Origin: an uncultured Candidatus Saccharibacteria bacterium
Lineage (GTDB): Bacteria > Patescibacteriota > Minisyncoccia > UBA6257 > 1-14-0-10-44-23
NCBI GenBank assembly: GCA_964549935.1
Contig: CAZJVT010000003.1
Span: 78,634-142,633, forward strand
Length of the DNA stretch: 64,000 nucleotides
Direction: 5' to 3'
Made by a program: the position numbers and the translations under genes. How positions within the stretch are numbered: position 1 is the first letter of the stretch; the number at the start of each line of letters is the position of its first letter. Positions 26,421 to 35,500 of this stretch are shown here, in pieces. Below the pieces are notes generated by a model, which was not told the origin of the DNA, made no database searches, and saw only the letters and a list, made by a program, of their open reading frames with translations.

Positions 26421-26752
26421 CAGCCCATCTCCATCCTTGCGCGCGTCTCCCTGACACCTTCCTCGTCCGATGCCAGGAGAACGAGGCCCTTCCGAGGCTC
26501 GCCCTTCGGGTGCCAGAGGAAAAGCAGCGCTGCCTCGTCCAGGATCGTGCAGCTGTGCTCGCCATCATCGATCGAGTCGAGCGGGAGATTGGCGGAGACG
26601 AGATCCGGCGGGATCCTGCTTTCCCGAGGCATCTCGGGGTTCAGCGTGTCGAGCAGGTCTTCGGCCGCCCTGTGCGCATAGACATAGGGCCAGGCGTGCT
26701 GGCCGCGGCCGCGGAGCGTGAAGGCGAGCTCGGCCGTGATCTTCTTCGGCAT
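26420..26752 (-). CDS. Hypothetical protein (second gene, 110 aa)
   Basis: Manual translation MPKKITAELAFTLRGRGQHAWPYVY... Its ATG at 26752 overlaps the TGA of the upstream gene. The ORF-track 442-aa entry is an out-of-operon run-on. Confidence 0.4.
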   Translation of the reverse strand: MPKKITAELAFTLRGRGQHAWPYVYAHRAAEDLLDTLNPEMPRESRIPPDLVSANLPLDSIDDGEHSCTILDEAALLFLWHPKGEPRKGLVLLASDEEGVRETRARMEMG

Positions 26753-27876
26753 CAGGCTTTCACCACCTTGGTCTTCACCGGGGAGATCCCCTTGGTGATA
26801 TCGCCGCGCCACTGGTCCATCCACCAGACCAGGCGAGCCTTCTTCGCGCCTGTCGGCCGTCCGCGATCGTCGAGCACCCGACGATCCACCGCCTTGAAGT
26901 GCCCGGTCGCCCAGTGATAGCGGCGGGTGTCGCCGGTCACGCCCTGGGCCTTCATCCGGTTCGACTGCACCTTGGTCAGGCGCATCGAGACGACAGAGTG
27001 CTCCTTCAGCGGCTTCTTGCCGGACTTGGCGCGGGATCTGTTGAGCTTCGTCAGGTCGGAGTCCCGGGCCTGCACGGCATTGGTGGCGTTCAGCAGCAGG
27101 AGGATCGCGACCAGGAACGGCGCTTCGTGCATGGCATCGCCGATGTCGCTGACGACCTTCTCGGTGGTCCTGACGATCTCGTCGATCTCTTCCTGGCTTC
27201 GGGCCCGCCGGATCTGGGAGGCGGTCACGTCGACCATGCTGTCCCGGATCGTGCCGCGGAGCTCGCAGGTGAAGGCGGCCGACAGCTTGACCTGCGCCTC
27301 GACCTCGACCGGGTCGTTCAGGTGAAGATGGCGACGAATGGCCGGCTTGGCCGCATAGATCTCGGACTTGGCCTGCTCGCGGAGGTCCCCGACGATGTTC
27401 TCCGGCGGCTCCTCGAGCGACCAGACCAGATGATGGGTCGCGAGGCCGATGCGGGACGGCTCCATCGCGTCCTGCGCCTTCACGCGCCAGAAGATCTCGG
27501 CCCGATAGGTCGGTCCTTCGCCGATCTCGCGGATCAGCATCCCGACTTTCTCGCAGGAAACGGCGCCGTCCCTTACCCCAAGGCCGAAGGTCTCCGACTC
27601 GAACCGGTCTCTTACCGGCGCCGGATACTCGATCCAGGTCACAGGAGCTGGCGCCCGTGCGAAGCCCATGTTCTTCAGCATGTTGCTGGGGCGCATGAAG
27701 CTGAGGTTCGCGGCTGCGCGCGTCACGTCGTCGTCGAGGATCCAGCACCTGGCGTCATCGATGCGAGACCTAAGCTCGGGCGCCTCCGGCATTACCGAGA
27801 GGTAGCCGCTGACCAGGCATTGCCGGACGTCGTCGATGAGCATGGCTAGGTGGCGACCATATTGTCCGTTTGTCAC
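26752..27876 (-). CDS. Hypothetical protein (first gene of the operon, 374 aa)
   Basis: Coherent composition. A promoter-like AT-rich stretch lies upstream at 27880..27905. Confidence 0.5.
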   Translation of the reverse strand: MTNGQYGRHLAMLIDDVRQCLVSGYLSVMPEAPELRSRIDDARCWILDDDVTRAAANLSFMRPSNMLKNMGFARAPAPVTWIEYPAPVRDRFESETFGLGVRDGAVSCEKVGMLIREIGEGPTYRAEIFWRVKAQDAMEPSRIGLATHHLVWSLEEPPENIVGDLREQAKSEIYAAKPAIRRHLHLNDPVEVEAQVKLSAAFTCELRGTIRDSMVDVTASQIRRARSQEEIDEIVRTTEKVVSDIGDAMHEAPFLVAILLLLNATNAVQARDSDLTKLNRSRAKSGKKPLKEHSVVSMRLTKVQSNRMKAQGVTGDTRRYHWATGHFKAVDRRVLDDRGRPTGAKKARLVWWMDQWRGDITKGISPVKTKVVKA

Positions 27877-28157
27877 CTAGGCATATAGCATACAGGATAT
27901 TTATGGACAACGCCTCGTGTACGGATCTCGCTCGTCCCCATTCCCGCACGGGCGCCGCACCAGCTTCCGGGTCGGGTCAACCCCGAAATCCGGCATCCCG
28001 TCAATATAATCTCCTTTGCACTTCCTTATAAGTTACCTAAGATGATGGCTCAGCGGCCCGGGATACGGACCGCGACGCGGTCCGGTCGTGAACCGGATGA
28101 AACAATCGGCGGCCCGGAGATCCCGGTCCGGCCCCATCTGAACGGAGACTTCCTCCC

Positions 28158-29378
28158 ATGTCGTTCAAGAACCTCAAGAATTCCGGCGGCAACGGCACCC
28201 CGGGCCGCAATTTCGCGATCAAGGTCGTCTCGTACGACACCAAGGACGCGAACCCGAACAACCACACCGTCACCGGCGTCGACCTCGCGACGGGCAAGGA
28301 AGTGAAGGTCGCTCTCTCCGAGAAGCGGACCTACAACAACCGCCCGACGATCAAGGAACGCCAGGACGGCACCAAGCGCATCAGCGCGGTCAAGAAGAAC
28401 GGCCTGATGGTCGTCTCGGCCGCCTATTTCGACGACAAGCTCGGCGCCTGGTCGGCTCGCGGCACCAACGTCGCCGATGCGGACGGCAAGTCCAAGGTCG
28501 CGGTCGTCATTCGCGGCATGGGCAAGATCAACCACCTCCAGCACACCGGCGAGGGCAAGCCCTACGTCCGCCTCGACCTGATGAAGTCGGTCGAAGGCGA
28601 GCCGCGCAAGCTCGACGCGATCGCGGTGACCAGCGCGGCCGAACTCTCCAAGGCCGTGGCTTCGGCGTTCGCCTGGGCGGCGGAAGCCTCGAAGGGCTTC
28701 GCGATGCCGAAGGCGATCGTCCGCGGCATGGACGACAACGGCGACGTGGCCTACTTCGAGATCCTCGGCCGCTACAACAAGGACGAGAAGAAGTACGACA
28801 CCGCCGAGATCGCCCTGGCGAAGTTCGCCGAGGACAAGGAGGTCTTCGTTCCCGGCATCAGCTTCATGTCGGACAAGACCAAGGACGGCACCAAGCGCGA
28901 GAAGTCGATCGCGATGAACCTGCAGAAGGGCGCCGATCTGATGAACGAGATCGGCGGCGAGGGCTACAAGTGGGAGGTCATCCCGGCCCTGTCGGCGCAC
29001 ATCGGCAGCAAGACGGTCGAGGCTTCCATCAAGAACAAGATGGACCTGTCCTCGCCGTATCGCATGAACTTCGAGGACAAGGACTCGAAGGCCCTGTGCA
29101 TCCTCGACTCGCAGGCGGTGATCGGCGACGTCGAAGGCTCGCCGTTCCTCATGTCCTGCGCCCCGGTCGACATCGATCGCGACCAGCCGCGCATCTCGCT
29201 CCTCTACAGCCCGTCGAACAACATCGTTCCGACCTGGCCGCGCGAGAAGACGGCCCCGGAGCACACCGACAGCAAGGCGGGCGACGAGCTCGACGCCACC
29301 CAGGTTCCGGGGGGCAGCGTCGAGGAAGAGCTCGATCGCGCGGCCTCGGGCCAGCCGGCGGTTCCGGCGGCGGCCTAG
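28158..29378 (+). CDS. Hypothetical Lys-rich protein (406 aa), monocistronic
   Basis: AT-rich promoter upstream. A strong terminator hairpin lies downstream. The antisense ORF is Arg-rich. Confidence 0.55.
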   Translation: MSFKNLKNSGGNGTPGRNFAIKVVSYDTKDANPNNHTVTGVDLATGKEVKVALSEKRTYNNRPTIKERQDGTKRISAVKKNGLMVVSAAYFDDKLGAWSARGTNVADADGKSKVAVVIRGMGKINHLQHTGEGKPYVRLDLMKSVEGEPRKLDAIAVTSAAELSKAVASAFAWAAEASKGFAMPKAIVRGMDDNGDVAYFEILGRYNKDEKKYDTAEIALAKFAEDKEVFVPGISFMSDKTKDGTKREKSIAMNLQKGADLMNEIGGEGYKWEVIPALSAHIGSKTVEASIKNKMDLSSPYRMNFEDKDSKALCILDSQAVIGDVEGSPFLMSCAPVDIDRDQPRISLLYSPSNNIVPTWPREKTAPEHTDSKAGDELDATQVPGGSVEEELDRAASGQPAVPAAA

Positions 29379-29428
29379 GCCGTCACCTGAAGGATCGACG
29401 TCCGCGTCCCCTCCTGCGGACGTAATTC

Positions 29429-29462
29429 AGGGGCCCGCTCTCAAGGCGGGCCCCTTCTTTCT
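29429..29462 (+). terminator. Rho-independent terminator hairpin
   Basis: GGGGCCCGCtctcaaGGCGGGCCCC followed by TTCTTTCTC. Confidence 0.5.
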
Positions 29463-29488
29463 CCACCAGTCGCGCCAGGGGACTTCCT

Positions 29489-31969
29489 ATGAGCACCGCC
29501 AGTGCAGCCCATCCAGGAAGAACGAACGGGGATGCCATGCCCGAGAACAAGACCCCGGAAGCCGCGGCGACTGGCTTCGACCAGCTGAACGAGTCCCAGC
29601 AGCGGGCAGTCCTCGCCCCTCTGGACAAGCCCTCCCTGGTCCTGGCGGGGCCCGGCACCGGCAAGACCAAGACCCTCGTCGAGCGCTGGATCCACCTCAC
29701 TCGGGAAGGGGTCCGCCCGGCGCGGATCATGACGACCACCTTCTCGAAGGACGCAGCGAGCGAGATGAAGGAGAGGATCTCGAGCTCCGCGCGCATCGCC
29801 ACCGACAAGCTGCCCATTTCCACGCTCCATTCCGCGGCCTTCAGCCTCCTTCGCCAGTCGGCCGGCCTTCATGGCGTTCCCGCCAAGGTCTCGGTCGCGG
29901 ACGAGGCGACGTCCAGGGGCATCCTGTACGACCTCAGTATCTTCGCCCGCGAGGACGACGACATCCTCGACCAGTTCAGCAGATGGAAGGACCGTCTGGT
30001 GACGCCGGAGATGGCGATCGCCGACGCCGAGAAGGCGCGCGACAAGCGGATGGAGGAGATCGCCCGCCACTACGCCACCTACCAGGCCGAGCTGGCGCGC
30101 CGGGGTCTGTTCGATTTCGGCGACCTCATTCTCGAGGCGGTGAAGGCGCTCGAGGGTTCGGACCGGCTCCGCGAGCAGTGGCAGGGGCGCTACGACCACC
30201 TCCTGCTCGACGAGTACCAGGACATCAATCCGGCCCAGGATCGCTTCATCAATTGCCTCTGGACCCCGGGCAAGGGGCTCTGGGTCGTCGGCGACGACGA
30301 CCAGTGCATCTACGCGTTCCGCTCGGCGGACTCCAATTTCATCCTCGACTACGCGGCCCGCTACGGCGAGGCGATCGGCGAGGAGGTCGAGGTCTTCAGG
30401 CTCGATCGCAACTATCGCTGCTCGCCTTCGATCATGTCGGCGGCCTCGGCCGTCATCGCCAACAACGAGCGCCGGCTGCCGAAGCAGATCGTCGCCACGC
30501 GCGACTACGACAACGGCGTCTTCCTGCATGGTTTCGACAACGCCCATGACGAGGCGCGCTTCGTCGCCCGCCAGATCCGGATGCTGTTGGACGGCGGCTT
30601 CAAGCCGAAGCAGATCGCTGTCCTGATGCGGGCAGGCTTCGTTGCCGTCTACATGCAGGCCGCGCTCCAGAAGGAAGGCATCCCCGTCGTCATCAAGGGT
30701 GCCGCTGATTTCTGGGGGTCGGCCGAGATCAAGGCCGCCCTCGGTGCGCTCCGCCTTTCCGTCGACCCGAAGGATACCGCCGCCGGCGGCCTTTGCCCTG
30801 CCGGCAAGCGCGGCGAGAGCCTGAAGAAGGCGGCAATGGACCTCGCCGACGAGAAGGACCTCGCCTGGCCGCAGCGTGTCGCCGCGATCAAGGCCGCGCT
30901 CGATGCGATCCCGCCTCGCGTGGGCGGCGAGGAACGTCGGATCCAATGGGACGAAGGCGTCGCCGCGGCCTGTCGCATCGCGATCGATCTCGGGAACCTC
31001 GACGCTCTCCTAAAGGAAGTTCAGGCACAGCAGCGCAAGGAGAAGGTCGACGAGTCGGAGGCGGTTCCTCTCTCGACGATCCACGGCGCCAAGGGCCTGG
31101 AATGGGACACCGTCTTCGTCGTCGGCGTCGAGGACCAGCTTCTCCCCCACAAGCGGGCGGAGGACATCGAGGAGGAGCGCCGGCTCTTCTACGTCGCCCT
31201 GACGCGCGCCATCCGGCATGCCTGGGTGACCTATGCGCTCGAGCGCGGCGAGGACACGACCGCCGCGTCCCGCTTCATCGCCGAGATGCTGCCCGGCCTC
31301 GAGCCGGGAAAGCTGACGGCATCCGGCCGCGCCAGGGACATGATGGTCGAGCTGATGGCGGCCCGCCGCCAGGCCAGGGCGGATTATCCTGAAGAGAGGC
31401 GGCCGGCCGACGGCGCTGCCGATCGCGGTCGGGCCGAGCCCGGCCGTCAGGAGGCGGGCTTTCCGGTCCACGACGAGATCGAGGCGATGATCCGCGGGGA
31501 AGCGGATCGGAAGCCACCGCAGGCGAAGGCCGTCCGGCCTCCCCGTGCCGGGGGCTTTGCCGCCATGCGCAACGACACCCCGCCGCGCCGCGCGGCGACG
31601 GATGTCGCCAGGATCCATGCGGATCGCGCCCCGCCGCCGCCGACGATCGACCTCCCTGCGTCCCGAGAGTCTTCCGCCATCACCGTGCCCGGCGCCCCGG
31701 TCCGCGTCGCGAAGCCGGAAGCCCTGCAGCGATACCTCGAGGGGCTGAGGAAGGCGCCCGCATCGGGCCAGCCTTGGGACGAGCAGGCGACGGAATTCCT
31801 CAGGCAGTCCTTCCGCCGGCGCCCCGCCGCCGAGATCGCCCGCCAGCTGGGCCGCACCGAGGCGAGCGTCGCCTACCGCCTCCTCGGCATCGGCCTGATC
31901 GACGAGAACGAGTGCCAGCTCATGCTTCGCAACATCGAGCAGACCGGGACGCCTTCGCCGACGGCCTAG
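29489..31969 (+). CDS. UvrD/Rep-family superfamily-1 DNA helicase with C-terminal HTH-like extension
   Basis: Motif I LAGPGTGKTKTL, motif II LLLDEYQDINPAQ, motif III VVGDDDQCIYAFRSA, motif IV NYRCSPSIM, motif V TIHGAKGLEWDTVFVVG, motif VI YVALTRA. Confidence 0.8.
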   Translation: MSTASAAHPGRTNGDAMPENKTPEAAATGFDQLNESQQRAVLAPLDKPSLVLAGPGTGKTKTLVERWIHLTREGVRPARIMTTTFSKDAASEMKERISSSARIATDKLPISTLHSAAFSLLRQSAGLHGVPAKVSVADEATSRGILYDLSIFAREDDDILDQFSRWKDRLVTPEMAIADAEKARDKRMEEIARHYATYQAELARRGLFDFGDLILEAVKALEGSDRLREQWQGRYDHLLLDEYQDINPAQDRFINCLWTPGKGLWVVGDDDQCIYAFRSADSNFILDYAARYGEAIGEEVEVFRLDRNYRCSPSIMSAASAVIANNERRLPKQIVATRDYDNGVFLHGFDNAHDEARFVARQIRMLLDGGFKPKQIAVLMRAGFVAVYMQAALQKEGIPVVIKGAADFWGSAEIKAALGALRLSVDPKDTAAGGLCPAGKRGESLKKAAMDLADEKDLAWPQRVAAIKAALDAIPPRVGGEERRIQWDEGVAAACRIAIDLGNLDALLKEVQAQQRKEKVDESEAVPLSTIHGAKGLEWDTVFVVGVEDQLLPHKRAEDIEEERRLFYVALTRAIRHAWVTYALERGEDTTAASRFIAEMLPGLEPGKLTASGRARDMMVELMAARRQARADYPEERRPADGAADRGRAEPGRQEAGFPVHDEIEAMIRGEADRKPPQAKAVRPPRAGGFAAMRNDTPPRRAATDVARIHADRAPPPPTIDLPASRESSAITVPGAPVRVAKPEALQRYLEGLRKAPASGQPWDEQATEFLRQSFRRRPAAEIARQLGRTEASVAYRLLGIGLIDENECQLMLRNIEQTGTPSPTA

Positions 31970-31988
31970 GTCAATCGAGGAGCAGTCG

Positions 31989-32441
31989 ATGCATACACGG
32001 ATCTACGTGGCCAGCCGGGCCAGCCTTCCGGCCCGAGCGGAGATGTGGCGCCGGCTGCGTGCCGAGGGCGTACCGATCATCTCGAGCTGGATCGACGAGG
32101 ACGGACCCGGCGAGACCGAGGATTTCGGTCTTCTGTGGGAGCGGATCGAGGACGAGATCGCCCAGTCCCAGGCTCTGGTGCTCTATGCGGAGACCGAGGA
32201 CTTCCCGCTGAAGGGCGCCCTCATCGAGGTCGGCATGGCCTTGAGGGGCCGCATTCCCATTCACGTCGCCATGCCGGGCGTCGTCCTCGAGGAGCGCAGT
32301 ATGCGACCCCTCGAATCTTGGGCGGCGCATCCTCTGGTCACGATCCACCAGGATCTCTCCTCTGCCATGGAGGCCGCCCTCTCTCCGTGGAAGCCCTTTC
32401 CAAAGCGGCCCGCCCCGACCTCGAGCATCCCGGCACCCTGA
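31989..32441 (+). CDS. Nucleoside 2-deoxyribosyltransferase-like Rossmann-fold protein, tentative
   Basis: N-terminal RIYVASRAS...W and GALIEVGMALRGRIPIHVA resemble the E.G.A...GKPV motif of the deoxyribosyltransferase-like family. Confidence 0.4.
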   Translation: MHTRIYVASRASLPARAEMWRRLRAEGVPIISSWIDEDGPGETEDFGLLWERIEDEIAQSQALVLYAETEDFPLKGALIEVGMALRGRIPIHVAMPGVVLEERSMRPLESWAAHPLVTIHQDLSSAMEAALSPWKPFPKRPAPTSSIPAP

Positions 32442-32530
32442 TCCGGCGTTGCCGATCCGCGATCGAGGCCGAGACTCCTCTGGGCGCTTTCTTCGTTCCT
32501 CTATAGAATGGTGGCATCACTCTTTTATCT

Positions 32531-35500
32531 GTGACGGGCCCTGACATGACCTTGCAGAAATGGATCGACCTCTCGGCTTACGGGGTGTCCCTCATCCTGG
32601 TCACCCTGCCGAGCGGCAACCAGCTCATGGTGATCGACGGGCATCAGAACTCCCCGCACAAGGAATTGATCCAGAAGAGCTTTCTGTCGCTCGGGTACAA
32701 CCTGTCGAAGGCGGGTTTCCTCTACAGCGACAACATGAAGATCTCGCCCTCCGCGGTCTTCAGGCTGCTCCCCAAGGGCAAGGTCGCGGAGATGCCTGTC
32801 TCGCAGATCCGCCAGAGCTGGCGTCCGCCCGGCTCCCAGGCGGACCAGCCGAAGGCCCAGCCCGGCCGCGTCTCCGCAACAGGTCCCCGGAAGTCCGCTG
32901 CCCGCGTCCGCGCGCCCGAGCCGGCGCGCCTCGACGTAGCGCTCACCCAGCATCGCCGCCTCGGCCTCAACTCGCTGGGCCAGGAGGTCTTCGAAGGCAT
33001 CGACGGGCGCTTCATCCGCGACCAGGGCGGCAAGCTTCACCGCGAGGCCGAGGTAGGCAACATCACGCCGGCCCTGTTCCTGCGTGCCGAGGCTCAGCCG
33101 CCCCACAAGGGGCTCGATGTCTGCGCCGACGGCCTGGTCAACGAGATCGCCGGCGGCCGCATCATTCGCTTCGACGACCTGAAGCGTTTCGCCGCTGCGG
33201 TCATGGGACAGGCAGACGAGGATATCGAGGACCGGGATCCGCGCGTCCGCCTGGCCGTGGATGCCGTTGCCGACGCGATGCAGCGCCGGGTGGCGCGCCG
33301 CATGGGTTCCAGTCGCGAAGTCTATGCGCTGGCGACCCAGCTGCAGGAAGCCGGGGCCTTCCTCTCCGATGCCACCCGCGTATTCGGGCCGCTCGGCCAC
33401 CCCAGCCTCCCGATCCTCTCGATCCTGCAGCGCGCGATCGGCGGCGAGAGCGAGGTCGGCAACAAGAAGATCGCCATCATCGGCGCCCACGGCCGCGCCG
33501 CCGACATCCTGGCATCGAACCTGCCGGCGACCTCCGAGATCGGCCGCGACGAGCGGCATGCCCTCTACCAGATCGGCCTCCTGCCGCCGGACACGAACTA
33601 CCATGTCGAGATCGACGAGATCGTCGGCGCCCGCGGGCCGGCCGGCCGCACCCTTCTCGTCTTCGCCGGCGATCCAGAGGCCGACGAGGCGATCAAGGCT
33701 CTTCGGACCCGTCTCGGCGAAAGCTACGAGATCGAGGGAACGGCCCGCATCGATCCCTCTCTCCATGCCGGCGACCCCGGTGCCCAGCCGCTGACCCTGA
33801 TCGCGCTCGGCCGCCTGCGGCCCGAACGCCTGCAGCCGGCGCCGGAGGCTTCCCTCCGCGTCCAGCCCATCTCCTCGCATGCCGAGCTCTGGACCTGGTC
33901 CTCCGAGCTCATCTCGACCCGGGCGAAGATCGCCGAGTGGCGCCGGATGCAGGACGACGAGGTCGACGAGGCGCAGCAGCTCCTCGCCGGCAATGTCGAC
34001 CGGACGCTCGAGAACAAGTTCCAGACCCCCTACCAGCCGCTGTCGCGGGCCTCCCTCTCGCGCACGATGATCCCCCGCAGCCTCGAGGGCGCCACCCGCG
34101 AGGCGCTCGAGCGGCTAGCGCGCCGGCATGGGGACATCGACCGCATGGTCTGCGAGGAGCTCGGCTGGACGAACGAAGAGCTGCAGGAGCGGCTTTCGGC
34201 GGAGCAGGTCGACGGCTTCGCGCTCTCGATCGACGCGGAGATGCGCGGCCGCGGCATGCTGATCGCCGACCAGACCGGCGTCGGCAAGGGCCGCCAGATC
34301 GCCGCGATGATCCTTCGCCATGTCCTCGCCGGCCGCAAGGTCATCTTCCTGACCGAGCGCGAGCTGAACCTCCACGACATCTGGCGCGACATCTGCCATA
34401 TCCGCGCCGACGGCTTCATCTCGCCGCTGATCCTCAACGATGGCGTCCGCATCGTCGATGACCTGACCACCGAGACGCTTCTCTCCCCGGTGCCGACCGA
34501 GGAGATGAGGGAGATCCTCCGATCGGGCAAGTGGCCGGAAGGCTTCAACGTCGTCCTCGGCACCTACAGCCAGTTCAACCGGCCGGCGCTCGGCCGCGGC
34601 GGCAAGCTCGTTTCCCTGAAGTCGAAATGGCTGCGCGAGACGGTGACCGCCGGCAGCGGCATCGTCGCGGTCGCCGACGAGGTCCATAACCTCGCCGCCA
34701 AGGAGTCGAACCAGCTCAGCAACATCGACGCCGTCCTCAACAACTTCGAGCACGTCCACTACTCGTCCGCCACCCACGCCAAGACCGGCACGACGCTTCG
34801 CATCTATCGGCGCCTGATGCCGCCGTCGGTGTCGATGAACAACATCATCGACACGATGTCGAAGGGCGGCGAGCTGCTGCAGGAGGTCTTCACCTCCATG
34901 CTGGCCAAGGACGGCGTCATGATCCGCCGCGAGCTCGACCTGTCGGAGGTCGAGTTCGAGGTCTATCACGACAGCGACCACTACGACCGCAACCGCGCGA
35001 TCGTGAACCAGATCGCGCCGATCCTGGCGGCGATGGCCAACATCTCGGGCGAGGTCGACGGCTTCGTCGCGCGCATGGACAAGGACATCGAGGAAGCCCT
35101 TGCCAACGTCGGCGACGACGAGCGGGAGCAGATGAAGGGCAAGCTCGGCGTCTCCAAGCTGTCCTTCGGGTCGCCCTTGCACCACATGACGCGACTCCTG
35201 ATCGCTGCCCTCAAGGCCGACGCCGTGGTTGCCAAGGCTCTCATCGCGCTCGACAAGTCGATGAAGCCGATGATCGTCATCGAGAACACGATCGAGACGC
35301 TCCTCAAGGACATCGTCGCCACCCGCGGCGACGACGGTCAGCGCGTCGACGTCGCGGACGATGCGCTCGAGGGCGTCGAGATGCCCGACTTTCGATCCCT
35401 CTTCCATCGCATGCTCAACCAGGTCTGCAAGATCCGCGAGAAGGTCGACGGTGTCTGGCATACGCGCGACCTGGCCCAGGAGATGCCCGACATGGCCGAG

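Noticed and set aside
26420-27748. 442-aa minus ORF
   Set aside because: Wrong frame over most of its length and Arg/Gly/Pro-rich. Only its last 110 codons (26420..26752) form a plausible gene, which overlaps the stop of 26752..27876.
28050-29264. 404-aa minus ORF
   Set aside because: It is antisense to the Lys-rich 28158..29378 gene, which has an RBS, promoter and terminator. Arg/Val/Asp-rich shadow ORF.
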